Assembly: GCA_050010515.1 (NCBI GenBank)
Contig: JBEKKX010000010.1
Coordinates: 1 to 64,000, forward strand
Direction of reading: 5' to 3'
Length of the DNA: 64,000 nt
DNA from: Candidatus Bathyarchaeia archaeon
Lineage (GTDB): Archaea > Thermoproteota > Bathyarchaeia > Bathyarchaeales > Bathycorpusculaceae
Positions 40,915 through 50,457 of this stretch are shown here, one piece after another. Position numbers and translations under genes: made by a program. Position 1 is the first letter of the stretch; the number at the start of each line of letters is the position of its first letter. The notes under the pieces were generated by a model. The model did not search any database. It saw only the letters and a list, made by a program, of their open reading frames with translations, and had not been told where the DNA came from.

Positions 40915-41097
40915 AACCGATTAACAAAGCAAACGATTAGTTTAACTCGTAGTTTCTTCTAACGTCTTAACTGTTTTTTACTGGAAAAGCTGGCATTTTT
41001 CAGTCTTAAATTGTTTTTTATATTTTTAAATTACTGATTCTTAGAAGCGCAAGCAAAATAAACATGCAGTTATGGTTACCTATTAAGAGTTGACTGC

Positions 41098-41823
41098 ATG
41101 TCCGGAACTGAAACGTTGATTCCTTACATAAATGATAAAAAGAAGAAGGGTGAAGAACCCACCATAATAGTGGATAGCCGAGAGGCAAGTAGTGCAGAAA
41201 AGATTGTTAAAGGCTTAATTGAACGGGGAGTCAACGTTAAAACTGAATTATTAGAGAAAGGCGACTACATTCTCTCTGATCAATGCGCAGTAGAACGTAA
41301 AACTGTCAACGATTTTGTTTACACCCTCACGCGGCGGTATCTTTTCGAGCAGCTTTTCGGGCTTAAAGAGGCTTATCCCAAATCGCTTATCGTTCTTGAG
41401 GGTTACCTGCCGATAATCTACAAGTACAGCAATATTCAGCCTAGCGCAATTTGGGGCGCGATGTTTAATTTAGCCAAAAACGGAATTTCGCTGGTTAACA
41501 CAGCGTCATATAAAGAGACTATTGATTTCCTTTATGTAGCGGCTAGGCAGGAGCAAATTGTTGAGAAAAGAAGCCCAGTTGTGCATGCCTTCAAAAAATG
41601 CGAGACGCTATCGGATGCGCAAGTATATTTTGTTGCCAGTTTGCCTAATATTGGACGGGAAAAAGCAACAGCCATACTGGATTCTTATCAAACACCGATA
41701 AACGCGTTAATTAACGTGGATGATTGGTCGAAGGCTGTGAATGGCCTTGGTCCCGTGATAACTAACAAGGTGAAAGAGGTTTTAAGCACACCTTACAAGG
41801 ATAAAACATGTGTAGAACAATAG
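41098..41823 (+). CDS. xpf: Short-form XPF/ERCC4 structure-specific nuclease
   Basis: VDSRE, GDY, VERKTVNDF, two HhH motifs (LPNIG, VNGLG). Confidence 0.88.
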   Translation: MSGTETLIPYINDKKKKGEEPTIIVDSREASSAEKIVKGLIERGVNVKTELLEKGDYILSDQCAVERKTVNDFVYTLTRRYLFEQLFGLKEAYPKSLIVLEGYLPIIYKYSNIQPSAIWGAMFNLAKNGISLVNTASYKETIDFLYVAARQEQIVEKRSPVVHAFKKCETLSDAQVYFVASLPNIGREKATAILDSYQTPINALINVDDWSKAVNGLGPVITNKVKEVLSTPYKDKTCVEQ

Positions 41824-41887
41824 ATACTTTAGGCTCTGTTTAGCAAAAGATTAAAAGCTTGTAGTAACTAACGAGACTGCGGATGGC

Positions 41888-42436
41888 ATGGACAAAGTAA
41901 AGATCGCCTTAACAATACTTTCGATAGCAATTGTGATTGGTCCTCTCGTTGGCGTAGCGTACGTTTATAGGGATAATTTGCTTGGTTTAGTGGTTCCTCC
42001 CCAAGTTAAGAGCCTCTTAAGCGGCGGTAATTCCACTGGATCACAGTCTCAACCAGAGTTTCAACCGCCCCAGCTTGTAGGGCAACCGCAATATAATGCT
42101 CAGACGGGCGCGGTTACTGTTTCCTTCAACTTTACTAACCCCTTAACAAATGGAGTTTCAATCGATAAACTGTCAGCAGAGGTACAATCCGAAGAAGATG
42201 GTGTCTCCTTAGGCAATATATCAATAAATCAACCAATCCAGATAACGCCAGGTGAAACTTCCACCATAAATGTTTCTGGAATTTTGAATCAAAATGCAAT
42301 AAGTCAATTTGAAGCTCAAAATCCAGGAGTCAACGGCATCAACATTTCCCTTGAAAACTTAAATGTTGACGTTGCAGGCGTCACCGTGCATATGGACCAG
42401 GTAAATAATGTTGGGCAGCTTCAATTGCCAGGGTGA
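41888..42436 (+). CDS. Membrane-anchored beta-rich extracellular protein
   Basis: N-terminal TM; FNFTNP..I.PGET..I pattern (LEA/Ig-like). Confidence 0.7.
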   Translation: MDKVKIALTILSIAIVIGPLVGVAYVYRDNLLGLVVPPQVKSLLSGGNSTGSQSQPEFQPPQLVGQPQYNAQTGAVTVSFNFTNPLTNGVSIDKLSAEVQSEEDGVSLGNISINQPIQITPGETSTINVSGILNQNAISQFEAQNPGVNGINISLENLNVDVAGVTVHMDQVNNVGQLQLPG

Positions 42437-43059
42437 ACATGATGGGTCGAAGCATAAACTGGTTTGGTCTCTCCGCTGGAATCATCACTTTAATTGTGCT
42501 TGTTATTTCCTTTTATGTTCCTTGGTGGCAGTTAACGATTGGTGAAAACCTCATAAAAGTTAATGCCTCGCCAGTTAACACAAATTTCGGCTTGTTCGGT
42601 GGTGCTCAATTTACGATACCGTTAATTTGGGCTTTGAACCTTATATGCATATTAACGTTTACCGCCTGTGGTCTTGTTATGCTGATTTACTCACTGAATC
42701 CGACAAAATCTTACTCTAAATATCTGCTTGGCTTCTCTTACAAAAAGCCGTTATATGTGTTGATATCTTTCGTGGCTGGTCTAGTAGTAATTATAGCAAT
42801 CGCTGGGTTCCTTGGAATGAGTATTCCTCTTATGGGCTCAGCAACCCTTTCTTTGCCGACGCAATTCATGCCCACGGGCTTAAGCATCAACGCTTTAGTT
42901 TCAGGAAGCTTTCAATTGCCCTTCTACCTTGCAATAGTAGCCGCCGCACTATGTATCGCAGCACGCTTATACCACAAAAACCTCGCTAAAATCCCAAAAA
43001 CAGGGCCAGAAACAGCAGCTTCGCCGACTGAGACTACCTCAACCAGTGTATCGACTTAA
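42433..43059 (+). CDS. Four-TM membrane protein
   Basis: PWW after TM1; four hydrophobic helices; overlaps previous gene. Confidence 0.75.
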   Translation: MNMMGRSINWFGLSAGIITLIVLVISFYVPWWQLTIGENLIKVNASPVNTNFGLFGGAQFTIPLIWALNLICILTFTACGLVMLIYSLNPTKSYSKYLLGFSYKKPLYVLISFVAGLVVIIAIAGFLGMSIPLMGSATLSLPTQFMPTGLSINALVSGSFQLPFYLAIVAAALCIAARLYHKNLAKIPKTGPETAASPTETTSTSVST

Positions 43060-43167
43060 GCCACTATTTCTTTTCAACAACAAATGTTGCCTGACCGTTA
43101 AAGTTTAAAGCCTAAGCCAACATTATTCTATGAACCCGCAAAAATAGCCGTCTAAAAGCGATTTGAA

Positions 43168-43245
43168 GGGGCTGTCGGCTAGCTTGGTCTAGGCTTGTAG
43201 CCTCGGGCGTTATAGACGAGAGTTCAAATCTCTCCAGCCCCACCA
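43168..43245 (+). tRNA. tRNA-Pro (CGG), CCA encoded
   Basis: Acceptor GGGGCTG/CAGCCCC-ACCA, anticodon loop CT-CGG-GC, T arm GAGAG-TTCAAAT-CTCTC. Confidence 0.9.
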
Positions 43246-43693
43246 AAAATCTCTCATCCCGTTCTTATGAGAAAATCGTTAAAACTGGTACACGCACATT
43301 TAGGTCAAGGATTATCAACGCTTCAGAAGACTCGTGCAAGGCAGCAAGAGACATGGAGGAAGCAATGCAATGGTAGAGCAAGGCTTCGAGTACGTCACAG
43401 AAATGGATTCTACAGATGCCGAAGATTTGTTTTTCCAGAAAATCATTTGAATAAATACTCTTTTCCTAGTTCGATTATCTGTATATTGTCGCAGATAGAC
43501 TTGAAGAGGTTTTGATTTTCTGTATGTACTGGAAAAGCTTGTTTCGGGTCAGTATGTTCATCATTTCAACTAGTTGGTCTTTGGTCATGTGTCCGGATGC
43601 ATGCAGCTGATGGAATTTGCATTTTGGAGTGGTTCATCCAGTTATGCATAACTTGACGCTTCTTAAATACTTCAAGTACGATAGGTTTTGTTC

Positions 43694-44551
43694 ATGGGAT
43701 ACCAACCGCCGATAAAGTCGCCTCGAGCCTCTGGTCGAGGATACAGAAAGTCGCAACATGAAAAGGTCAAAGATAGAGGACGGAAGCATAGATCTGTAGG
43801 GGATTCCATGCGGGAGGAGAAGCATGTTGCTACTATGAAAGAGGTTTCGGATAAAACCCTCAAGCGACTACGTATTTTGGGAAGCCAGAGATTTGGTTCT
43901 TCCCCGTTCAGCGAGCACTTCGACCGTTGGCTAGTGAACCTAACAGATGTCCTGTCTGAGTTTGAGTCAAGTCCAAACATAAGCGCAGATGATCAATTCG
44001 TAAAGGAGCGCTCACAAATACTCTCCATTGTTAAGATTGAGCTTGAGGAAAGACGCCGTAAGGAGGCTTCTCTCGAGGAGGCTATGAAAAGTCTATCGAA
44101 TAGCAAAAATCTTCTTGAACGAATCAAGGAAGAATATGCTACTGGGACGAGGGAGATTAAAGGGCAAAAAAATAGTGAAATCAAGCGTCTGTATAACAAT
44201 ATTGATGGTCTCAGAGAAGAACTGGATTATATAGTTCGGCTGAAAACTGGCCTCTTCAGAGGCATCTCCAAGAAGGATAGGGAACAGAAAGAGATAGAGA
44301 CAACTCAGGAACTGAACACCGAACAAAGGGAGCTTGAATTAGCCATGCTGGATTTCACTGAAGTACAAGAAAGGCTCCGAGACGAGTATGAAAGAAAGAG
44401 GCAGCCAGTCATCGAGCAGATAAGAGATTGCCAGAAAAAGATTGAGAACCTGGAGACTGATGGTTCTCGAGAAGACAGATGGTTTGCTTGCGAAGCCCTC
44501 GTAGATTCAGTGAATGCACTTCTCCAAAGAAAAACGCTCCAGCTTCATTAG
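43694..44551 (+). CDS. Coiled-coil hypothetical protein (islet cargo)
   Basis: Long E/K/R-rich helices; basic N-terminus; lies between att-like repeats. Confidence 0.75.
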   Translation: MGYQPPIKSPRASGRGYRKSQHEKVKDRGRKHRSVGDSMREEKHVATMKEVSDKTLKRLRILGSQRFGSSPFSEHFDRWLVNLTDVLSEFESSPNISADDQFVKERSQILSIVKIELEERRRKEASLEEAMKSLSNSKNLLERIKEEYATGTREIKGQKNSEIKRLYNNIDGLREELDYIVRLKTGLFRGISKKDREQKEIETTQELNTEQRELELAMLDFTEVQERLRDEYERKRQPVIEQIRDCQKKIENLETDGSREDRWFACEALVDSVNALLQRKTLQLH

Positions 44552-44635
44552 CCCGCTTAATGCTGCCCATTCCAGTATTTTCTGAGTTGCGACGATTTTT
44601 TCAGTTCTCGGACCCGAACCCGTTAGGTTCAGGAA

Positions 44636-44684
44636 TCTCCAGCTCCACCAAAAATTTCTTGAATTGCCCTTGAGAAAATCGTTA
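44636..44684 (+). repeat. Degenerate copy of tRNA-Pro 3' end and flank (att-like)
   Basis: TCTCCAGCTCCACCAAAAATTTCT..TGAGAAAATCGTTA versus 43231-43281 TCTCCAGCCCCACCAAAAATCTCT..TGAGAAAATCGTTA. Confidence 0.75.
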
Positions 44685-44968
44685 GAATCTGGAAAATTAT
44701 GTTTTTGATTACTATTTTTTAGTGAATGTTTTCAGTTATTAACTCGACGAATTCTTCTGCCCATTTAACTGCCTGCTCAGCTTCGCTTAGCGAGACAATA
44801 TCCAACAAGAAACAATTATCGGGGTTTAACACAAGTTTAGCTAGTAGTGCCACCCGGGTTTTTGACCCGAATAGATTATCTATTTTAGATGTCATATGAC
44901 CTATTTAATATGTCAAAGAAAATCTAAAATTTTCTAACCAAACTAAGTTGCCTTTGGGATTGAGGGCT

Positions 44969-45156
44969 GAAGCATATTTGGAGCATATTTGAACATCTAA
45001 AACTAAGCTTCTTCAACATGTAAAACAGCTTATTTCATGTTGAAAGTGCAGGGATTAATTCTATGTTGAACTATGTTGAATCATATTTGGAGCATATTAG
45101 AAGCATATAGTAGACCGGGCGGTAGGCTGTAGCGCACACAGATCTCGAAGGCTAAA
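44969..45156 (+). repeat. Left copy of ~160-bp imperfect inverted repeat with 10-11-bp internal units
   Basis: Units GAAGCATATTT/GGAGCATATTT and CTATGTTGAA x2; 45001-45156 aligns with reverse complement of 49412-49577. Confidence 0.8.
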
Positions 45157-45255
45157 GCCAAGAGAGGTAAATTTGCACCCATTTTTGTTTTAAATTTAAG
45201 GTAAAGATTGTTTGAGGCTACTCCAAACGTAGGGTCTTATTGTTGATGGGTGTTT

Positions 45256-45489
45256 CTAGCTTTCCCATTCGTATTGGCTGAATGGGGTTAGTGCATTTGT
45301 AGAAATGAAATAGCACTCGCTGTCTAATAGCAAACTTAGTTTATGTTGATTGACAAAATTTGTTATAAATACAAGGTCGTTACTGTTGACCAAGTTTTGC
45401 TCTATGCTTAAAACAACTCCATCCCTTAAGGTATCAAGCATCTTTACATCTATACTACAGCTTGACCCTATTTCTCTTTTAAACACCAT
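45256..45489 (-). CDS. Small hypothetical protein
   Basis: 77-aa ORF with ATG start; no recognised motif. Confidence 0.5.
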   Translation of the reverse strand: MVFKREIGSSCSIDVKMLDTLRDGVVLSIEQNLVNSNDLVFITNFVNQHKLSLLLDSECYFISTNALTPFSQYEWES

Positions 45490-45822
45490 CGCATCAAATA
45501 CGTTAATGTGTCTTCACCTGTTCCAAATTTAGCTACTCACATCAGCCAAAAATATCTGGACAGGTGATTCCAAACTTGGTTATTACTATATAAGCTTAAG
45601 CACTCTTAAGGCTTCGCTTAAAAAGAGACGAAAAACAACAGTAAAAACAAAACAAATACACAATACATAAAATAACTAATTAGCAGATATCTCAGCTTAC
45701 TATTATCATCTAACGCTCTGAGTCGTTCGCTTTTCTATCGTCAGTTTGTTTGTGCTTCCAGAAATTTTCGGTTCAGCCCCCATAATCTTGGTGACTTCGG
45801 AAATTGTGGACCTATCGCTTGA

Positions 45823-46149
45823 TTAGAGAACGCCTAACAATGCTGCTACTACAACAGCTATTGAAACTGCGGCAACCAGAAATATCAGTCCTTTTGATTT
45901 GAAGAACGAGTGTGTTGCTGCTTCGCCTTCTTGGAGTTCATATTCTTTTATTTCTTTTGTTTTAGAATTTATCTGGACTTTAGCTGTTAGTTTTTGAAAC
46001 ATCATCTCAACTATGTATAGTTCTCCATCAAGCGAAACTTTCATCGGTAACCAGCTTCCTTTGTACCCTAACCTTTTCAGGAAGTCAGCTGTCATGGTTG
46101 TCGCATTTTCGGCGTCGAACCGTGGAGCCTCTGCTGTTTCAGTCGACAT
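45823..46149 (-). CDS. PepSY-like domain with C-terminal TM anchor
   Basis: ADFLKRLGY..VQINSKTKEIKEYE then TM. Confidence 0.65.
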   Translation of the reverse strand: MSTETAEAPRFDAENATTMTADFLKRLGYKGSWLPMKVSLDGELYIVEMMFQKLTAKVQINSKTKEIKEYELQEGEAATHSFFKSKGLIFLVAAVSIAVVVAALLGVL

Positions 46150-46263
46150 GAGTCTTCTCCGAGAGAAATTGGCGCTTTGACATTTTAGGATTTATGAAGC
46201 CAGAAACCATATTTCAAATCAGCAGAACACCCGCTAGGAAAAAGCTACCGTTTTAACGGTAGT

Positions 46264-46515
46264 TTACGGCGTTGATTGGCTTGGCAGTTGCGGTTGAGTT
46301 CCATTAAATAGGTTGGTTTGGTTTAGAAGGTTGTTTTCAAGATTTTTTAGTGGGCCAAGTTGTGGGATGTTGTTTGTGTTAAGAGTTTGTTCTACAGTAC
46401 TTACGGCATAGGTGACAACTACGCAAGTAAGCACCACAGCTGCCGTTATTAAAAGCAAAGTAGCTACTGCTGTCTCCAAAGCTTTCTTCTCCTTCCTCGA
46501 ACCATACTTTGCCAA
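46264..46515 (-). CDS. Small archaellin/type IV pilin-like protein (class III signal peptide)
   Basis: KKA|LETAVATLLLITAAVVLTCVVVTYA. Confidence 0.6.
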   Translation of the reverse strand: MAKYGSRKEKKALETAVATLLLITAAVVLTCVVVTYAVSTVEQTLNTNNIPQLGPLKNLENNLLNQTNLFNGTQPQLPSQSTP

Positions 46516-46669
46516 AAAATCATTTAATAGATTATTCTTTTTCCCGAATTATTCCTATTTCAGGGATATGTCGAAAATGGTAATAACGCGCGTTCGACTA
46601 GTTAGTTATGCTTTTTACTGCTTAACTATTTCAAGTAAGCTCAGAAACTTTTTCTTTTTTAATCTTCTA

Positions 46670-47260
46670 TTAACTTGGCGCTTGCTTTTCTGCAGTTGGC
46701 GCAGCAGAAGCCGCAGGAGTTGCCGCTGGCGGTGTTTCAGGTTTTTCTGGTGGCGGTTGGTTTTGGGGTGTGCTTGATAATATTTGTATTTTTTCTGCCA
46801 TTGGGTGAAGAAGGTCTGGCGGTGGATATGGCGTGTTTAGGTTGGATGATAGCATGTAGATTGAGTTAAAAACATGCTGATAGATCGTGAAGAGGATTTG
46901 GGGAATTTTTGTTTTAGGATTAACCTCAAGTTTTTTCTTGATGTCATCCGCTTTGCCTACCAGAGTTACTGTGCCTGTAGTGCTGTATTTTACAACGTTT
47001 GGCTTGGTTGAGATTACCAAGGCGAAGTTGAGTGTTACTTCGTTTGTGCCTTTTTTTTGTTCTTCCAGCTTTGCGTTGACATCAAAAAACAGTTCTTCTT
47101 TTGAGAGGTATTCGCCGGTTCGTTCAGCCTGTAAACTATTAAGGTTGATGGAAACGATGACTCCTGAGACAGAATACTGCGGGTTTACGGCTGATTCCTC
47201 TGCTACATCATTGCTGTGATTTTAATATTTAACTTTGTTTGTAGCCAGCACGCTGACCAC
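46670..47260 (-). pseudogene. Hypothetical beta-rich protein; GTG start separated from the body by an in-frame TAA
   Basis: Frame open 46670-47221 with no ATG/GTG/TTG until 47020; TAA at 47222-24; GTG at 47260 in the same frame. Confidence 0.5.
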
Positions 47261-47284
47261 CCTTGCGGTCGATAGGTTCCGGTT

Positions 47285-47869
47285 TTATGGTTGGTCGGAA
47301 CTGTAGAATGCTGGCACAGAAAACTCCGTTATAAACTTGAAGGCTTCATCTCCTTTAGTGTTTGCTTTTGGTTTTAACACGATTTTTTTAGGGACGTCTT
47401 CTTCAATGTAAACTATGTAGTCAACAGTTGTTCCTAACCCTAGGCGAGCAAGTTGCTGCACGGTTGCCTTAAATTTCTCATTTTCCTGAATTTTTTTATT
47501 TATTTTTTCGATCGCCTCAAACAGGATTTCTGTTTGTCCCTGTTCCGTGAATGATATTGCAATGTCGCCTGATTGAACCCAGCCTGAGGTTTCTTCTTTT
47601 CCTTTGGCCCCCTTTTTCCCTTTATCTGCCGTTTCTGTAGGTTTCTTTGATTGGCTGCGCAGGTTTTTTTGGAGGGCTGCTGATTTTTGATACCATTCTT
47701 CGTTTTTATGGGCGTCTTCAAAGTCTCTTAGTAACGTGCCTAGCCATTGGCTGTAATCTTCAAATAATGCTCGATACTGTAGAGTTTGGTTTGCTAGAAA
47801 CTCTGTAAGGTCTTTTAGTGACGTGAAGGTACGGATTTCTGTTCCCGTTTTTTCCACTTCCTTTTCCAC
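47285..47869 (-). CDS. Hypothetical helical protein
   Basis: 194-aa ORF, same strand as neighbours, short spacing. Confidence 0.75.
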   Translation of the reverse strand: MEKEVEKTGTEIRTFTSLKDLTEFLANQTLQYRALFEDYSQWLGTLLRDFEDAHKNEEWYQKSAALQKNLRSQSKKPTETADKGKKGAKGKEETSGWVQSGDIAISFTEQGQTEILFEAIEKINKKIQENEKFKATVQQLARLGLGTTVDYIVYIEEDVPKKIVLKPKANTKGDEAFKFITEFSVPAFYSSDQP

Positions 47870-48287
47870 ATTTTCCTCGGGGATTTGGCTTTGGATGTAT
47901 TAATACGGTTAGTTTTTGGATAATAGGATTTGTCTATTGCAGAAATTACATACTTTTTCAGGGGTGCGTCGAGAAAGTTTTGTTTTGCGTTGTCTTTTGG
48001 TTGGTTGTTGGAAGAGGCTCCTGTGGTTTAGGGTAAATATTGCGGAGGCAACTGAGCTAAACCCCACACTTCTTCTTTGAATCGTTCAAGCGGTTGCTTA
48101 AGCGATCCATCGTTTGCTAATAGCTCAATGGCTTGCCGTCCACTTTATATTGCCCTTTTCCACATGATCCTCTTCCATGGTTTGGCTCTTCTGGTTGGAA
48201 AGGTCTTGTTTTACTTTGTCGGGTACAATATAAAAGTATTATGTATTGCTACACAAGACGCGTAAACAGTAACAGCCGTCAGTGTTT

Positions 48288-49367
48288 TCAACGATTTCTA
48301 GCTTGGTCATAAGCCTTCGCTACGGCTTCACTTGTAAGAACACCCACCACTTTTGTAGGCGATTCCTTATCGACAACAGGTAGCAGGTCGATTTTTTCTT
48401 TTGTCATAATTTTGTATGCTTCAAACACTGCTTCATCTGGATGGGTTGAAATGTTCTTTAGGGGCATCTGCTCCACTTTCAGGTTACCCCGCTGCTCTGG
48501 TGCGACCTTGATTATTTCATTCCAAATCACTACGCCTTGAAAAACGCCATCTCTCTCCACAAGAGCATCATGATAGCGATTCTTGAACATAACTTCGAAA
48601 GCTTCAGCGAGGGTTTGGTCAGGATGAACCGCGCCCACCTCAGATTGCATGACATCTTTAACTTGAACACTTGCCAGCGTCGTGGAAACTATCGTTTGCT
48701 CTGCTTCTTCACTGGCACCAATGTAAATAAAAACGCCAATTATTATTAAAAACGGATTAATAAAAAATCCCACTACGACCATTAAGATGCCAAATATTCT
48801 GCCAATATACGCCGCGTATTTGGTTGCCTGAGAAAACTTCATCCGTTCAGCCAGCAAAGCCCTGAAAACTCTGCCGCCGTCCATGGGAAAAGCTGGAATA
48901 AAATTGAATGCGCCAAGAAACAGGTTCAGGTATCCTAAGTCAAGCAGGATGTTTCCTGTAGAAAATAATAATACGGAAACCGCTGGAAATAACGGTATCT
49001 TTACTGGTAACACATAGTTTACGCCAATCAGGGCTGCTCCAAGCGCTAAGCTTGTGAGGGGTCCAGCAGCTGCCATTCGCCACTCTATTTTGGGGTTTTC
49101 TGGTATTTCCTCAATTTCTGACACTCCGCCGATTGGGTAGAGAACAATTTTACGTACCTTAATATCGTAGCGTCTTGCAACAACACAGTGCGCAAGCTCA
49201 TGGAAAAGCACGAAAACAAATAGGAACACTATGAGAATGAAAGCGTAAATTTGATTATAATAGATAGTTAAACCTAACACGGCTAAAATTAACAAGATAA
49301 AAGTAAGATGCAGCTCAATGGGAATCCCCCATGCAGAACCAATTTTAAAAGACAACTTCATAACCAA
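48288..49367 (-). CDS. Site-2 (M50) intramembrane metalloprotease with CBS pair
   Basis: HELAH, AGP, FNFIPAFPMDGGR, C-terminal CBS domains. Confidence 0.92.
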   Translation of the reverse strand: MVMKLSFKIGSAWGIPIELHLTFILLILAVLGLTIYYNQIYAFILIVFLFVFVLFHELAHCVVARRYDIKVRKIVLYPIGGVSEIEEIPENPKIEWRMAAAGPLTSLALGAALIGVNYVLPVKIPLFPAVSVLLFSTGNILLDLGYLNLFLGAFNFIPAFPMDGGRVFRALLAERMKFSQATKYAAYIGRIFGILMVVVGFFINPFLIIIGVFIYIGASEEAEQTIVSTTLASVQVKDVMQSEVGAVHPDQTLAEAFEVMFKNRYHDALVERDGVFQGVVIWNEIIKVAPEQRGNLKVEQMPLKNISTHPDEAVFEAYKIMTKEKIDLLPVVDKESPTKVVGVLTSEAVAKAYDQARNR

Positions 49368-49411
49368 AAAGAAGACAATGTTTGCTTTTTAAATTTTCTA
49401 TAAGTATGCAT

Positions 49412-49577
49412 TTTAGCCCCGCTCTTAGGGGGATTTGTGTGTGTGCACAACCTACCCTCCTAGGGTACTAGATGCTTCTAATATGCTTCAAATATGTTTC
49501 AACATAGTTCAACATGGAAATAAGTCGCGCACTTTCTGCATGAAACAGTGCTTTTTCTGCATGTGAAGAGTTTAGTT
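49412..49577 (-). repeat. Right copy of ~160-bp imperfect inverted repeat
   Basis: Reverse complement reads ..CATGTTGAACTATGTTGAAACATATTTGAAGCATATTAGAAGCATCTAGTA..GGTAGGTTGT..CACACA..GGCTAAA. Confidence 0.8.
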
Positions 49578-49688
49578 ATATTGGTTTTAGACAAGTTTTG
49601 AAGCCTTCCCGAGTTAAGTAGTCTTCAAGGCTATTTTCAGCAATATTGTTATAAGTAAGAATATTCTTACTACGCGTGGTGAGAGAGC

Positions 49689-49949
49689 ATGGTGGAAGCA
49701 TCAACAACTAAAGTTTCCTCTAAAGGGCAAGTGGTTATCCCAGCGAACGTGCGCAAGGCAGCTAACCTGAAGAAAGGCGAGAAGATCCTGGCAATAGCTG
49801 TTGATGACATGGTTGTTCTTAAAAAAATAATTGATAAATCCTTTGAAGAAACTATGAAGCCAGTATGGGCTAAAGTTAGGCAGATGGGTCTTTCGGAGGA
49901 AGATATAAACGCCCTCATCGAAGAAGCAAGAGCCAAAGGTAGTTCTTGA
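49689..49949 (+). CDS. AbrB/MazE/SpoVT-family antitoxin
   Basis: TTKVSSKGQVVIPANVRKAANLKKGEKI. Confidence 0.88.
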   Translation: MVEASTTKVSSKGQVVIPANVRKAANLKKGEKILAIAVDDMVVLKKIIDKSFEETMKPVWAKVRQMGLSEEDINALIEEARAKGSS

Positions 49950-50355
49950 CACAAACGTTTGGATTTCAGTACTGCTTTGGGGCGGCAAACCCGCAGAAAT
50001 CATAAAAGCAGCCGAACAGAACAGAGTCAGCATCCTAACCTCTGAAGAAATCATTGCCGAAATCAGCCAGGTTTTAACTTACCCCAAACTCAAGAACATC
50101 TACCAAGCTGAGGGATTACGCAGTGAAGACTTAATTGAAACAGTCCTGAAAATTGCAAAATTCGTCAAAGTTACAAAAAGAATTAATTTTATTGTGGAAC
50201 ATCTGGCAGACGACAAGTTCATAGAATGCGCCCGAGCAGCAGGGGCACACTACATAGTTAGCGGCGACAAACACCTCCTCAAAGTAGCATGCTACAAAAA
50301 AACGCAAATAGTGTCAGTGAACGAATTTCTCAAACTCATAGAAACCAAAAGATAG
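49909..50355 (+). CDS. PIN-domain (VapC-like) toxin, missed by ORF track, no canonical start codon
   Basis: Hand translation KVVLDTNVWISVLLWGGKP..SEEIIAE..DDKFIECA..YIVSGDKHLL; overlaps antitoxin 3' end. Confidence 0.85.
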   Translation, partial: TPSSKKQEPKVVLDTNVWISVLLWGGKPAEIIKAAEQNRVSILTSEEIIAEISQVLTYPKLKNIYQAEGLRSEDLIETVLKIAKFVKVTKRINFIVEHLADDKFIECARAAGAHYIVSGDKHLLKVACYKKTQIVSVNEFLKLIETKR

Positions 50356-50457
50356 CCCGCAAGATTTCTTCAAAATTCAATGCGCCTGCGAGCTCTCGAC
50401 AGCTTTTGCAATATAATTATATAATTCTTTAAGCTTATGTTTCTTTGAGGAAACTGT

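Noticed and set aside
44969-45110. CRISPR array
   Set aside because: Units are 10-11 bp and abutting, with no unique spacers and no cas genes
47950-48265. Possible gene remnant between the 194-aa gene and the S2P protease
   Set aside because: Short broken frames with no family I can recognise
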